Source: Chiloscyllium plagiosum (taxonomy: Eukaryota). Taken from it: a DNA stretch of 64,000 nucleotides. Position numbers and translations under genes: made by a program. Position 1 is the first letter of the stretch. Every line of letters starts with the position of its first letter. The notes beneath the pieces are model-generated. The model saw only the letters and a list, made by a program, of their open reading frames with translations, did not search any database and was not told the DNA's origin. Of this stretch, positions 22,940 to 35,634 are shown one piece after another. The stretch covers positions 34,387,453 through 34,451,452 of the forward strand of contig NC_057720.1 of assembly GCF_004010195.1 (NCBI RefSeq), read 5' to 3'.

Positions 22940-24488
22940 CTATACACAATGAGAAAGAAACATCAAGAAATATATGGAAACAAACCATTAAGGTATTTTG
23001 ATTTCATACAAACAAAATGCCTTGTTTTCAGATAGAAGCAAATGTTGTAAAAATCAGTTGTATCTTGGATATTTTGCTTGTTAATTGCTTTCCCTTTGCA
23101 GTTCTTCTTCATTTTATTTCTCTGTTACCTTTGATCTGCTTTTGTCCGAACTAACAAGTTCTTCAGTCTCCTACTTTCCGATTGCTTATTTCTCTCTGCT
23201 CATTTTATCTACTTAACTGGAAACAGAATTCAGTGCTGGAGCTGCTGGCAGTTGCAATTTGTATTGACTCACCCAGATACTCAAAGAATGTGACAGCCAC
23301 TTTGATAAATGGGCAGAAAAAAATGTAGGAGAAAAACCTGAATGATGATCAAAGTTAGCAGTTTCTCTGACCTGTAGTTTTGAATCCTTTTCTTGTATAT
23401 TTTATGTTACAACTAGAAGACAGTAGGTTCATAAATACTTAGAGACTTTGCACTTGAGTAACTGTAAGCAAGTTTCCATATTCTCCACAGGGCTAGCATA
23501 TGTTCTCATTTTTGTTTGAGAAGGAAAGACTAATATGCAGTTAATTTTTTAAAATTTAAAAATCAAAAATACAGATTATGACTGGCAAGGAGTTCCATAG
23601 ATGGAAGTGATATGTTGCTTGCTTTATTTCTGAAGACTTTTCAAATTGACGGTATCCTCAAGTCTAACTACAAATCACTTGCTTTCGTAACATAAACACT
23701 AAACAGTTAAGCAGTCGTAACATTTATGACTGTAAATCAGCTACTTTATACACTAGTCGAAACTTTCAAACATAATGCATGCATGTTGGCATAGGGTAGG
23801 ATATCCTCATGAAAGTTACTCCTCCATAATAAGACTTTCAAGTGTATTGAATCCAAGAACAAGAGATGGATCTTATTTTGCTGCTTACCAAATAGGGCTA
23901 GAATATTATCACAAAATACAGGTATAAACTCCAGCTTTGCATGGTAGTTAAACTAAGATTGTGATCATCTATGGCACAGCAAGTCTCTGCCAGTAGACAG
24001 GTGGTCTGGCCATGCCACAATTGCTCTCTAATTCTACTGTTTTCATATTTGAGAGTGGCACCAGTGATCCTCTTACCTGTGGTTATTCATGCTGTGCAAT
24101 GTATTGCCAAGCAGAACCTCCAGATTTTGCAGGATCCTGAAGTTTCAAAAGTGACACTGCCTCCATGAGAAATTCCATTCTTCTACCAGCTCTTTCAGTC
24201 ATCTTTTCCACATATTTACTTCAGTGTTGACTGACTATGATTGTCACAGAAAAGAGATGAATTTTGCGTCTAAAGACAATTTGTACAAAGCAATAAGATC
24301 GGTGGCTAACCTTCTTGTCAAGGGACATTAACTTTGTTTACTTAGAAGTGAAAACATTACACTATTTATTTGTTTAATTTCCAATTGTGGATGCAATTAA
24401 CTTTGAGTGACTTCGCTGTTGCTTTTGATTGGAAACTTTTAGATAAGGGGACTAACAAAGCACACTATAAATTACACTAGATAATTAA

Positions 24489-25081
24489 GTCATAGAGTCA
24501 TAGAGATGTACAGCATGGAAACAGACCCTTCGGTCCAACCCGTCCATGCCAACCCAATCTAATCCCAACCCAATCTAGTCCCACCTGTTAGCACCCGGCC
24601 CATATCCCTCCAAACCCTTCTTATTCATATACCCATCCAAATGCCTCTTAAATGTTGCAATTGTATCAGCCTCCACCACATCCTCTGGCAGCTCATTCCA
24701 TACACGTACCACCCTCTGCATGAAAAAGTTGCCCCTTAGGTCTCTTTTATATCTTTCCCCTCTCACCCTAAATCTATGCCCTCTAGTCCCTGATCCCAGG
24801 GAAAAGACTTTGTCTGTTTATCCTATCCACGCCCCTCATAATTTTGTAAAACTCTATATGGTCACCCCTCAGCCTCCGACGCACAAAGGAAAACAGCCCC
24901 AGCCTGTTCAGCCTCTCCCTGTAGCTCAAATCTTCCAACCCTGGCAACATCCTTGAAATTCTTTTCTGAACCTTTTCAAGTATCACAACATCTTTCCGAT
25001 AGGAAGGAGACCAGAATTGCACGCAATATTCCAATAGTGGCCTAACCAATGTCCTGTATAGCCGCAACATGACCTCCCAAC
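24489..25081 (-). mobile_element. CR1 (HER1-like) 3' fragment
   Basis: LYRTLVRPLLEYCVQFWSP, RGNFFMQRVVRVWNELP; ACTCTATG tail. Confidence 0.92.
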
Positions 25082-26361
25082 AATAAAGTTATCTTTGGCT
25101 CAATGGCAGTACAATGATACTAGAACAGTGAGGGAATAAAATACAGAAGATTCACTGAAGAGTCTGGATTTCTGGATTCCTGGGTGAGGGGGGTAGGGGT
25201 GTAGAATAGCAGAAAAAGAGAATGACAAAATTAATTAAAATCAGTAATGTAGAATATAGAAATCTGTGGAAGATTGTAGAACTACCTGAATGAAAAGGAC
25301 ACCTTTTTGTGCATTAATTACAACATTCCTATGTTTCTTGCACAAGCATTTTGCAATTGTTTTCTCACATGTATTAAGCCGGAAAAACATTCTTGGATGT
25401 GTACATAATTATCCTTGATAATCATTAAGCAAGTATGCAAAATACTCAAGCCATTCTGACATTAGTAATATTCAAATCTAGTCAGCTGCCTTCTAACATC
25501 ACACACTGCCTTCATACTTCATCCTAGCCACAATGGTAGTACTGGTCATTTGACAGTGGGTGGCTTGGGAAAAATAGTGAAAAACAAAACTTAAGGCAAA
25601 GCATAAGGCACACATAGATCATTTGCTGACAAACCTAGTGAAATCAGAAACCCTAATGGGTTTAAGGAAAAGGAATAAGAAGGAATCTTTTCAAAAAATG
25701 GGATTCTATGTTACTACAAATGTCTCAAGGAAATGCTGTAGACTAGTGAGATGGTTGGACCAATGGTCTTCTCATTGTTGTAACCAATTTTGCTTCAATG
25801 AACAGCCAGATGAGGAGGAATTTCTTCACTTCAGAGGATTGATAGTGTTTGGAATTTTTGCTCAAACAACAGTAGAAGCTGAGTCAAAGAATATACAGTA
25901 GTTAATCTGACTTAAACATATTTTGACTGACTCTGAAAGTTGAGGATTATGGATATAGGCAGGAAAGTAAAGTCAAGACGACAATCAGAGCAGGCAAGGC
26001 CGAGAATGGCAGGTTAGGTTCAAGAGGCTCAAGAGCTTACTCCTGCTGATATTTCATGATTTTTTATATTATTATGGAAAAAGTCTCCTCAATAAGTATA
26101 TCTATTGGAGTAGAGGTATATGTCTCAGTCATGAATAAACCAGGATAGCAAACATATGCCTAAGACATTTTTATGATGGTAATTGAGATATGCACGTCCC
26201 TGTGTAACTGAATTATAAGTTGAATAACTAGCAACAGCACACATCTCAAAGTTATATACATTTTTTTAGAAAAAATAATCACACAGAGCAAGTAAGGCTC
26301 ATCACACAAGTTTCCTGTTAAAATTTATGTTTATATGTACTTAGATGAGATTAAAATATTT

Positions 26362-26662
26362 TTTAGATTACTGACAGTGTGGAAACAGGCCCTTCGGCCC
26401 AACAAGTCCACACCGACCCGCCGAAGAGCAACCCACCCAGTGCCCTACATTTACCCAGTACTACGGGCAATTTAGCATGGCCAATTCACCTAATCTGCAC
26501 ATCTTTGGACTGTGGGAGGAAACCGGAGCACCCGGAAGAAACACACCGCAGACACGGGGAGAATGTGCAAACTCCACACAGTCAGTTGCCTGAGGCAGGA
26601 ATTGAACCCAGTCCCTGGGGCTGTAAGGCAGCAATGCCAACCACTGAGCCACCAAGCCGCCC
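26362..26662 (-). mobile_element. HE1-type SINE
   Basis: Reverse-complement match to the 5551 and 46247 copies. Confidence 0.9.
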
Positions 26663-26983
26663 ATATGAAGCCATATTAATTAACTGAGTTGGATGAATGT
26701 CTTAATGGGAACCAAAACAAAGAGTGGTTAGCTATAATGATCAAATACTTTATGAAAGACCTTGGTTCTGTACACCCAAGGACTTACAAAGGACAACTGC
26801 AGAATGAAGCTTGTCACACTTGAGTAATCTAGACTATAATGATAAATCAGCATAATGGAGTTTTGGAGATAAAGTTCTAGAGTTAGTGAAAATTACATAG
26901 ATTCAGGATGGAGGTTAGGATGCAGTGAAAATTGTGCAGGCATTTCAAAGAAACAAAGAATTGACTGCTGCTGGTAAAACAGA

Positions 26984-27635
26984 CATAGAACATAGAACAT
27001 AGAAGAATACAGCGCAGTACAGGCCCTTCGGCCCTCGATGTTGCACCGATCCAAGCCCACCTAACCTACACTAGCCCACTATCCTCCATATGCCTATCCA
27101 ATGCCCGCTTAAATGCCCATGAGGGAGAGTCCACCACTGCTACTGGCAGGGCATTCCATGAACTCACGACTCGCTGAGTAAAGAACCTACCCCTAACATC
27201 TGTCCTATACCTACCCCCCCTTAATTTAAAGCTATGCCCCCTTGTAATAACTGACTCCATACGTGGAAAAAGATTCTCACTGTCGACCCTATCTAAACCC
27301 CTAATCATCTTGTACACCTCTATCAAGTCACCCCTAAACCTTCTTTTCTCCAATGAAAACAACCCCAAGTGCCCCAGCCTTTCCTCATACTTTACCTGGG
27401 TGGCAACTTTCAAAGATCTGTGTACATGGACACCAAGATCCCTCTGCTCATCCACACTACCAAGTATCCGACCATTAGCCCAGTACCCCATCTTTTTATT
27501 ACTCTTACCAAAGTGAATCACCTCACACTTAGCTACATTGAACTCCATTTGCCACCTTTCTGCCCAGTTCTGCAGCTTATCTATATCCCGCTGTAACCTG
27601 CCACATCCTTCCTCACTGTCTACAACTCCTCCGAC
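26984..27635 (-). mobile_element. CR1 3' fragment, subfamily with (TTCTATG)n tail, internally deleted
   Basis: MEFNVAKCEVIHFG...LGVHVHRSLKVATQV fused to YEERLGHLGLFSLEKRRFRGDLIEVYK. Confidence 0.9.
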
Positions 27636-28455
27636 ATGCTATCAAAGCTTTTCATTTCACATTCATCAGGATAGATGCAAGGAATACAAAATTTTCAAAG
27701 GGAAAAATGTTTTATACTGCATGAGAGAAAGGATGCTGATTGATTGGTTGGTTAGCAGACTTTGATTTGTTAAATCCATTAATCCCTGAAGGTATGAACA
27801 TTGGTAGACAGGATGGTGAAGAAGGTATGTGGGATGCTTGCTTTCGTAAGCTGAGGTATGGAATAAAGGAGCACAGACATCCATTTTCAACTTGACAAAT
27901 CATTGGTTAGGCCACAGATGGAGTACTGTGCAGTTCTGGTTCCCACACTATCAGAAGGATGTGATTGCACTGGAGAGGGTGCAGAGGAGATTCACCAGAA
28001 TAAAGAAGTCTGTATAGGCTGGGTTTGTTTTCCTTGGAGCAGAAGAGGTTGAGGGGGAATCTGATGAGGTGTACAAAATTATTATGGGAGGTATAGACAG
28101 AGTAGATAGTGAGAATCTTTTTCCCAAGGCAGTTGTGTAAAAGACCAGAGGAGCAAGTGGGTTAGAGGAGATCTGAGAAAACATTCATCCCAGAGGATGG
28201 CAAAAATATGGAATGAGGAGATCTCCCACCCACAGCTTCCAACCTCATAGTCCGGGAACCCTGCACTGCCCGGTTCTACCTCCTTCCCAAGATCCACAAG
28301 CTTGACCACCTGGCCGACCCATTGTCTCAGCATGCTCCTGCCCCACTGAACTCATCTCTACCTACCTCGACACTGTCCTATCCCCCCTAGTCCAGGAACT
28401 CCCCACATACATTCGACACGCCCTCCACCTCCTCCAAGACTTCCGTTTCCCCACC

Positions 28456-29232
28456 TTGGATATCCAATCCCTCTACACCTCCATCCACCATGACCAGGGC
28501 CTCCAAGCCCTCCGTTTTTTCCTCTCCCGACGTCCCCAACAGTACCCTTCCACCGACACTCTCATTGGTTTGGCCGAACTGGTCCTCACCTTTAACAATT
28601 TCTCCTTCGAATTCTCCCACTTCCTCCAGACTAAAGGAGTAGCCATGGACACACGTATGGGCCCCAGCTATGCCTGTCTCTTTGTTGGCTACGTAGAGCA
28701 GTTGACCTTCCGTAATTACACCGGCACCATTCCCCACCTCTTCTTCTGCTACATTGATGACTGCATTGGCGCCACCTGGTGCTCCCACGAGGAGGTTGAG
28801 CAATTCATCCACTTCACCAAAACATTCCACCCTGACCTTAAATTTACCTGGGGGACCATCTCTGACACCTCCCTCCCCTTCCTGGACCTCTCCATCTCCA
28901 TTAATGACGACCGACTTGACACTGACATTTTTTACAAACCCACCGACTCCCACAGCTACCTGGATTACACCTCTTCCCACCCTACCTCTTGCAAAAAAGC
29001 CATCCCGTATTCCCAATTCCTCCGCCTCCGCCGCATCTACTCCCAGGAGGACCAGTTCCATCACAGAACACACCAGATGGTCTCCTTCTTTAGAGACCAC
29101 AATTTCCCTTCCCACGTTGTTAAAGATGCCCTCCGATGCATCTCGTCCACATCCTGCACCTCTGCCCTCAGACCCCACCCCTCCAACCATAACAAGGACA
29201 GAACGTCCCTGGTGCTCACCTTCCACCCTACC
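28456..29232 (+). pseudogene. Penelope-type reverse transcriptase (partial; runs into assembly gap)
   Basis: DIQSLYTSI, GVAMDTRMGPSYACLF, YIDD, LPFLD, YKPTDSHSYLDYTSSHP are typical PLE RT motifs. Confidence 0.92.
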
Positions 29233-29803
29233 NNNNNNNNNNNNNNNNNNNNNNNNNNNNNNNNNNNNNNNNNNNNNNNNNNNNNNNNNNNNNNNNNNNN
29301 NNNNNNNNNNNNNNNNNNNNNNNNNNNNNNNNNNNNNNNNNNNNNNNNNNNNNNNNNNNNNNNNNNNNNNNNNNNNNNNNNNNNNNNNNNNNNNNNNNNN
29401 NNNNNNNNNNNNNNNNNNNNNNNNNNNNNNNNNNNNNNNNNNNNNNNNNNNNNNNNNNNNNNNNNNNNNNNNNNNNNNNNNNNNNNNNNNNNNNNNNNNN
29501 NNNNNNNNNNNNNNNNNNNNNNNNNNNNNNNNNNNNNNNNNNNNNNNNNNNNNNNNNNNNNNNNNNNNNNNNNNNNNNNNNNNNNNNNNNNNNNNNNNNN
29601 NNNNNNNNNNNNNNNNNNNNNNNNNNNNNNNNNNNNNNNNNNNNNNNNNNNNNNNNNNNNNNNNNNNNNNNNNNNNNNNNNNNNNNNNNNNNNNNNNNNN
29701 NNNNNNNNNNNNNNNNNNNNNNNNNNNNNNNNNNNNNNNNNNNNNNNNNNNNNNNNNNNNNNNNNNNNNNNNNNNNNNNNNNNNNNNNNNNNNNNNNNNN
29801 NNN
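29233..29803. other. Assembly gap (N run)
   Basis: Run of n characters. Confidence 1.
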
Positions 29804-29837
29804 AGCTTATCTCTCCACCCTTCAGGCTCTCTGCCTT

Positions 29838-29876
29838 TATTCCTGATGAAGGGCTTTTGCCCGAAACGTCGATTTT
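29838..29876 (+). ncRNA. Minimal hammerhead ribozyme motif in PLE terminus
   Basis: CUGAUGA-A-GGGC-UUUU-GCCC-GAAA-C-GUC; stem I weak. Confidence 0.72.
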
Positions 29877-30184
29877 ACTGCTCCTTCGATGCTGCCTGAA
29901 CTGCTGTGCTCTTCCAGCACCACTAATCCAGAATCTGGTTTCCAGCATCTGCAGTCATTGTTTTTACCAAAAATATGGAATGTACCGCCTGAGAAAGTGT
30001 GGAGGCAGGTATCCTTCCAGTATTTAAGAAGCATCTGGAAGAGCAATTAAAATGCCAGGGCATTGTACGGTATGGACCAAGTGCAAGTAAATGGATTAAT
30101 ACGGTTTCGTGTTTGTTCGTCAACATAGACATAGTTGGCCAAAGGAGCTGTTTCTATGCTGTATGACTCAATGGCTCTAAGAGC

Positions 30185-30700
30185 AGGTTAGAGGTTAAGA
30201 ATTCTGCTACAAGTAACTCACCTCCTGACTCTCCAAAGCTTGTCCACAATCTAAAAGGCAAAAGTCAGGTGTGTGATGAAATACTCCTAACTTTTTTGAA
30301 TAAGTGTAGCTTCAACAACACTCAAACTTGACACCGTTCAGGACAAAGCATCCCATTTGACTGGCACTACAAGATGCACTGCAAGAAGTCACAAAGGCTT
30401 CTTTACACAGCATCTTGCAAACACACAACAACTTCCATCTAGAAGGTCGAGTACATGGAAACACCACCAACAGCAATTTCCCTTCCAAACCTCCCACCTT
30501 GCTGACTTGAAAATATACTGCCATTCCCTCAATGTTGCTGGATCAATATCCCAGAACTCCATCCTTTACAGCTTTATAGGTCCACCTACACCAAATGGAT
30601 TACAGTGGTTCAAAAAGGCAGCTTAATGCAGCCTTCCCAGGGGAACCAGGAATGGGAAATGAATGCTGGCCTAACACATATTTCATGATCAAATAAAATA
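30185..30700 (+). mobile_element. 3' fragment of the second CR1/L2-type LINE family
   Basis: TCACCTCCTGACTCTCCAAAGC and terminal GAATGCTGGCC...AATAAA shared with other copies. Confidence 0.75.
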
Positions 30701-31044
30701 AAGTTTGACAACAGATGCAAAGAAAATGAATGTGGGAATATCACAGAGATCACTTTCTTTGGAATATACAGGATTCAATTGGTAAAGCCTACTCAACATC
30801 ACAAGCCTACATTTTTTAACAATGTCAACATAAGAGGTATTGAAAATAAAAATTGTTATAGGAAATAGTGCCTAGATCTTGACAGTAATGATCATACTTT
30901 TGGGTAGTGCTCACTATTTTTCCAACTTTTAACAAGGGGTTCAATTCAATCGAATGGCAAGTGATGTTTACGTGAGGAAATGAAACACTGTTCTACCTGA
31001 AGCACCTAATGACAGTGTCAAGTACTCCCAAGGCATGTAAAATA

Positions 31045-31400
31045 ATAAAACCTTGCATTTATATACAGCATTTCATTACCACCGATCATCCAAGTCCACC
31101 TGACATCTAATTAAGTGTTTTTTTAACATATAGCAATAATTAAGACGGCACAGCAGCCAATTTGCTCACAGCTAAATACCACAAATAGAAATGGAATAAC
31201 GATCAAATTTTCAGGTACTTAGATGTTGGTTGAGGGATAAAGGTTATCCAAGATGCAGGAAGATCTTCCCTGCTTTCATCTTTTTTATCCATCAGAAAGG
31301 GAAGACGGGACCTCAGCTTAACTTGTCATTCAAATGGGTCTGTCATTCCGCCAGAGTAACATTGAACAAGTTGTTGAAACTTGAATGTACAATTTTCTCA
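31045..31400 (-). mobile_element. Old SINE with L2-like tail (Deu-SINE-like)
   Basis: TTGCATTTATATA tail motif and TTGGTTGAGGGATAAA...CCCTGC body resembling the 49.8 kb copy. Confidence 0.5.
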
Positions 31401-31644
31401 TACAGGGGAAAGGTGTCATTGAATGACACATCAGACAATAAATGAAATGTAAAGTTTTGATGGACAAATGTACCTCAGAAATCTCAGGAGAACAACTTTT
31501 ACTATTTTTTTCCTATTTTGCACACCAGACCTCTCTGTGTTGTTATCAATTTAGCATTTTAGGTCCATGCCATCAGAAAAAACACTCCCTACAAAAATTA
31601 ACAGTCCATGTAGAGAGGAAGCTTTCTTAGGTTGTAGTAAATTT

Positions 31645-31777
31645 AAATCTTGATGAAGGGCTTTTGCCTGAAACATCGATTTTCCTGCTCCTCAGATGCT
31701 GCCTGACCTGCTGTGCTTTTCCAGCACCACTCTAATCTTGACTCCGATCTCCAGCATTTGCAGTCCTCACTTTCACC
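31645..31777 (+). mobile_element. Short PLE terminal insertion starting exactly at a (mutated) hammerhead motif
   Basis: 12-bp TSD TGTAGTAAATTT (31633-44, 31778-89); AAAUC-UUGAUGA-A-GGGC-UUUU-GCCU-GAAAC-AUC/GAUUU. Confidence 0.85.
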
Positions 31778-32813
31778 TGTAGTAAATTTGATTCCAGGTC
31801 CCAAAGTTGAAACACCAGTGCAAGTGAGTTTATCACTTGGCTAATAATCCAGAGCCAATCAGATCACAGGAAATTAAGGATGGGCAATAACAGTCAACCT
31901 TGCAGACAATGGGCATATTCCATATAAGAATAAAAACAACATGTACTTTGTGTCGGCAGCGATTGCTTTGATTGGGATCGATGTAGATCTTCCCCACACT
32001 ATATTGCAGGTATTTTGTTAGTCAGTTCAAGAGGATTATGTACAAAGCAGCATGTGATAGAAAGAATCTATTGCTCAAGGCCAATCACATACGTCAAAAC
32101 CATCACTGTCACAAAACCTCTGGTTTTGTTTAGTCTACTTTGTGCGGGTGCCACTTCCGAACTCTGAGTTTGGGAAGGGGCCAAATTTGATGTTGGCCAA
32201 ATCCTCTAGTTTACCAATATGACATGGCATAAAAGGAGGTCACAAAAAGTTTCCTGCAAGGAGCCATGCAGCAAGAACCAATTGGCTATTGGTAGGCAAC
32301 TTTACCTTGACCTGTGGAAGGAAATAATGCAACCTTTTTTGCTGATTAGAAACAGTTAATGTCAGGTTTTGAAATTAACTGCCCTGTTTCTAATGGTTGT
32401 TGAATCCAACAGATAGCAAACATGAAACCATTGTTTGCTCAAGAAGCACAGCCTCTAATCGACTTTAATCATTCACTCAGAATCCAGCTTCCTCTACAGA
32501 ATGAAAAAAGCAGGGTTGATTCTAAACTTGATCCAAGCACAGAAGACCAGTTCCAGTTATGCTGTCAATTTTCACATAAATGAAAGGTGATAATATAATG
32601 GTGGAATCTGATTCTGATCCTTGGAGGTCTTTTCACGTATCAATGCTCTTAATTATAAATCCACTGTCATTTTGCAGCAATATTTAAATAGCACACATGC
32701 AATCTATCAGATGTTCTGAGTTTGGCTCCTTTGAGAGTTTAGACATGCCCAACAAAACTCTTACAAAATAAAGATATTATTGCGGGGTTCTTGGGGGGTA
32801 TTCTCGCAAGCCT

Positions 32814-32888
32814 TGATCATGTGACATGTAAACACGTGACAGTGGATCACATGGTAACTGATCATGTGACATTTGATCTTGTGCTATC
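32814..32888. promoter_or_regulatory. 15-bp-period array of five E-box/CLEAR-like motifs
   Basis: CATGTG 32818, CACGTG 32833, CACATG 32848, CATGTG 32863, CTTGTG 32878; consensus TGATCACGTGACA. Confidence 0.5.
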
Positions 32889-34395
32889 TAACTACATTGA
32901 TGTCTTCTGATATGATTATTAAGATAGTATCCTTGGAACTGAATATCTTTGCTCGTGATGTCATGTCAACAGCTGCTTTGAGATAAGTTCCAAGAAATAA
33001 GAGATCAGCCATACACAGGCAGGAAAACGATACTGTGGGTGAAAGGAGGACTGAAGAAGTGGGGGAGGGGGGTGAGGGTCTGAAGGGAGGTTGACCAGAT
33101 GTCCTGGTGTTGCCGTGACAGTTTTTCACCAACTGCCCTGATGTTTTGACAACTTCTTCCAAATTCTTCAATGTCCCTGTTTAGTGGGGCTGGAAGGGAG
33201 AAAATCTGTGTGGAACTTTCTCCTCCTTCCTTTAAGCAACCAGCTCATCACTTTGTACTGTCAGGGAATTGTCACTATTCTTTTTCTGCTGAGACTTCAT
33301 TACTGATGGCACCTTTAGAACATCTATTGAATGTCCAACTCTAACTGGACATATTCTGGAAGATGTCATCATTTGGCCTCCCACCATCAACTGCCCCTCC
33401 CCCAGATCCCAGGTATTCATGATCGTGAAGGGGACAGTCACAGAGAGGAAAGCAGGGGTGGCGGGTTTTTTGATTCCTTGTATAATAGCAACTCACTGAA
33501 TTGCTCTGATAGCTAACCACTATACTGGTAACAATCAGACTGCCCTCAGAAATAACAGTCATACAAATGTCTGATCACTGCATTTAAATCAACATTGAAA
33601 AATGTTGTAAAAGTTTATGGAAGAATACAATTTGGAAGAGTCAGTGGAATTGCACTTCACTGTAAAATCATGAGGTCACAAGGAAATAACAATAACCGAC
33701 AGAAAACTGGAAGTTTTAATGCAAATTGGGTGACATTCTGTCAAGAGACATGTGAACTACCCTGAATAACTCACATTTTGTGCTCACCTCTGAAAGTTTT
33801 TTTAAAAAAGGATTAAGGCAGCATGTTTCTGCTCTGAGTCACAGGATTGGATGGAGTAGAAATATGCAGGCTGGACCTTCACCAATGCGTGGTGGTGGAG
33901 AGTTATCAGAATTAGTCTACTCTTATACAAGCTCTGGCACTCAGCTCAACAGCAACACTGGCTTTGGGAGCTTCTCGCCAGACCAGACAATACTGTAAAG
34001 TGCAAAAATATTCCAACTTCTCAATTTAAGAGGAAGCTGTCATATAACTGAAGGAGCTCTTTGGTGTTTTGAAGTATAGCAACAAAAATGCCCACTATAT
34101 TTTGGTGTCCGGACTCAAGGGGTATGTTACATGCCATTAAGCATCTGGCATTAAGCATAAAACATTCCTACAAAAGTTCAAGTTTCATAACTTGGTAGGA
34201 TTTTCTTTTTGAAATAAAATTCACTCTTCAGCCAGTGCTCTTAAAGTGTTTGCTGTAAGTATCCTAAGCAGTATTTCATCTCTATTAATTCAGGCTGGTT
34301 CTATTCTCCTTATTGTGTACAGAAAATCCCAGCAATTACATTGTGAAGTTGGCCAACAGGCGAGTAGATTGTTATGCTCCCAGTTGATATTAATA

Positions 34396-34590
34396 CAGGG
34401 CGACCCCCGCATCTGCGGAATCGTTTCCCGTGGTGAACATATTATAGGGAACATTCTGAAACCAGGGACCTGGAAACTGCCAGGAAGGTATGTTTCCCAT
34501 TTAACTGAATGAGTTCACTCCTATTCACGGTTTCGGGTATCCACGGTAGGTCCTGGGATGTATCCCCTGTGGGTACGGGAGGGACTACTG
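34396..34590. mobile_element. Tigger-like MITE
   Basis: TA TSD; degenerate TIRs CAGGGCGACCCCCGCATC / CAGTAGTCCCTCCCGTACC; CpG-rich relative to flanks. Confidence 0.8.
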
Positions 34591-35345
34591 TACTAGATAA
34601 GTCAGATCTCAGACTGAAACCATGGCTTGATAATTCATTTTTGTTCTGTTTTGGCTTTAGCAAAGTAGTGTCTGATTAAAACAAAAAACACAAAATGCTG
34701 CAGATTTTGCCTCAAAGGTAAAATTGAAGTTTAACCAAAATTAAGTTAAAATAGAAACCAAACCATCCACATTTAATATAATTGCAAAGATTTTAAAACA
34801 TACATTAAAAATGTGTGCTTTAATCCCAAAACACTCCTCTATCAATTGAAAATAAACAAAACAGCTTTTGTATAATATCCAAAATGCATCCTGGTAAAGT
34901 AACCAAAAACATTACTCCTGCATTACTCACAACAGAGTTCTTGCATCTAACACTTTGATTTGTTTAAATCATTTATATCTTTTCAACAATTCAACTTTTA
35001 CACTGGAACTGCAGATAACTTTCTCCTGGATCTATCATACACCTGAGATTCAAAGTACGTAGCTTAAAGTAATCTTTTCATGGTTTTGTCCCAACACTTC
35101 TGGTCTCAGACTAATATTAACTTTTCACTGAAAAGTTGCTTGGTTCACTATATTTTCTTCCCTTCTCAAGACCATGGGGCTATATAACCCTCCTATTCTA
35201 AGCACTTCACAGGACTGCTCCAATCAAAGTAAAAACTGAAACCAAATGTCTCCCGTTCTACATTATGAGGTTCCTTAAGCTTAAGAAAGATTCCAGAAGT
35301 CTCTAGAAAGCCCTGCAGCTTCATTATTTACCTTTTGGATTGCAA

Positions 35346-35634
35346 AACATAGGAACATAGAAATTAAGTGCCATTTGGCCCTTTGAGCCTGCATCACCAT
35401 TCAATATGACCATAACTAATCATACAATCTCAGTATCCCATTCCCATCATCTGTTCATATCCCTTGATTCCTTTAGTCGCAAGGGCCATGTCCAGTTCCC
35501 TCTTGAACATATCTAATGAACTGTCCCCAACAGCCTTCTGTGGGAGAGAATTCGACAGGTTCACAATTCTCTTGAGTGAAGAAATTCTTCCTCATCTCAG
35601 TCCTGAATGGCTTACCCTTTATTCTTAGGCTGTC
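35346..35634 (-). mobile_element. CR1 3' end
   Basis: AACATAGGAACATAGAA tail and GTGAAGAAATTCTTCCTCATCTC LINE 3' motif. Confidence 0.8.

Larger units (their letters stand above)
28216..29967 (+). mobile_element. Penelope-like retroelement, 5'-truncated, with 15-bp TSD
   Basis: TSD CAAAAATATGGAATG at 28201-28215 and 29968-29982; RT ORF; terminal segment with hammerhead core. Confidence 0.93.
27750..30178 (+). mobile_element. CR1 3' fragment split by the Penelope insertion
   Basis: LINE 3' sequence on both sides (27750-28215 and 29968-30178), joined through the TSD. Confidence 0.8.

Noticed and set aside
28387..29226. 279-aa minus-strand ORF
   Set aside because: Antisense shadow of the PLE RT ORF
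28754..30027. Long ORFs (381, 523 and 295 aa) crossing the N run
   Set aside because: Lengths are artefacts of the assembly gap
32814..32888. CRISPR-like periodic repeat
   Set aside because: 15-bp period without unique spacers, eukaryotic context, no cas genes
32884..33562. Cluster of Ser/Pro-rich minus ORFs
   Set aside because: No recognisable homology or convincing splice structure
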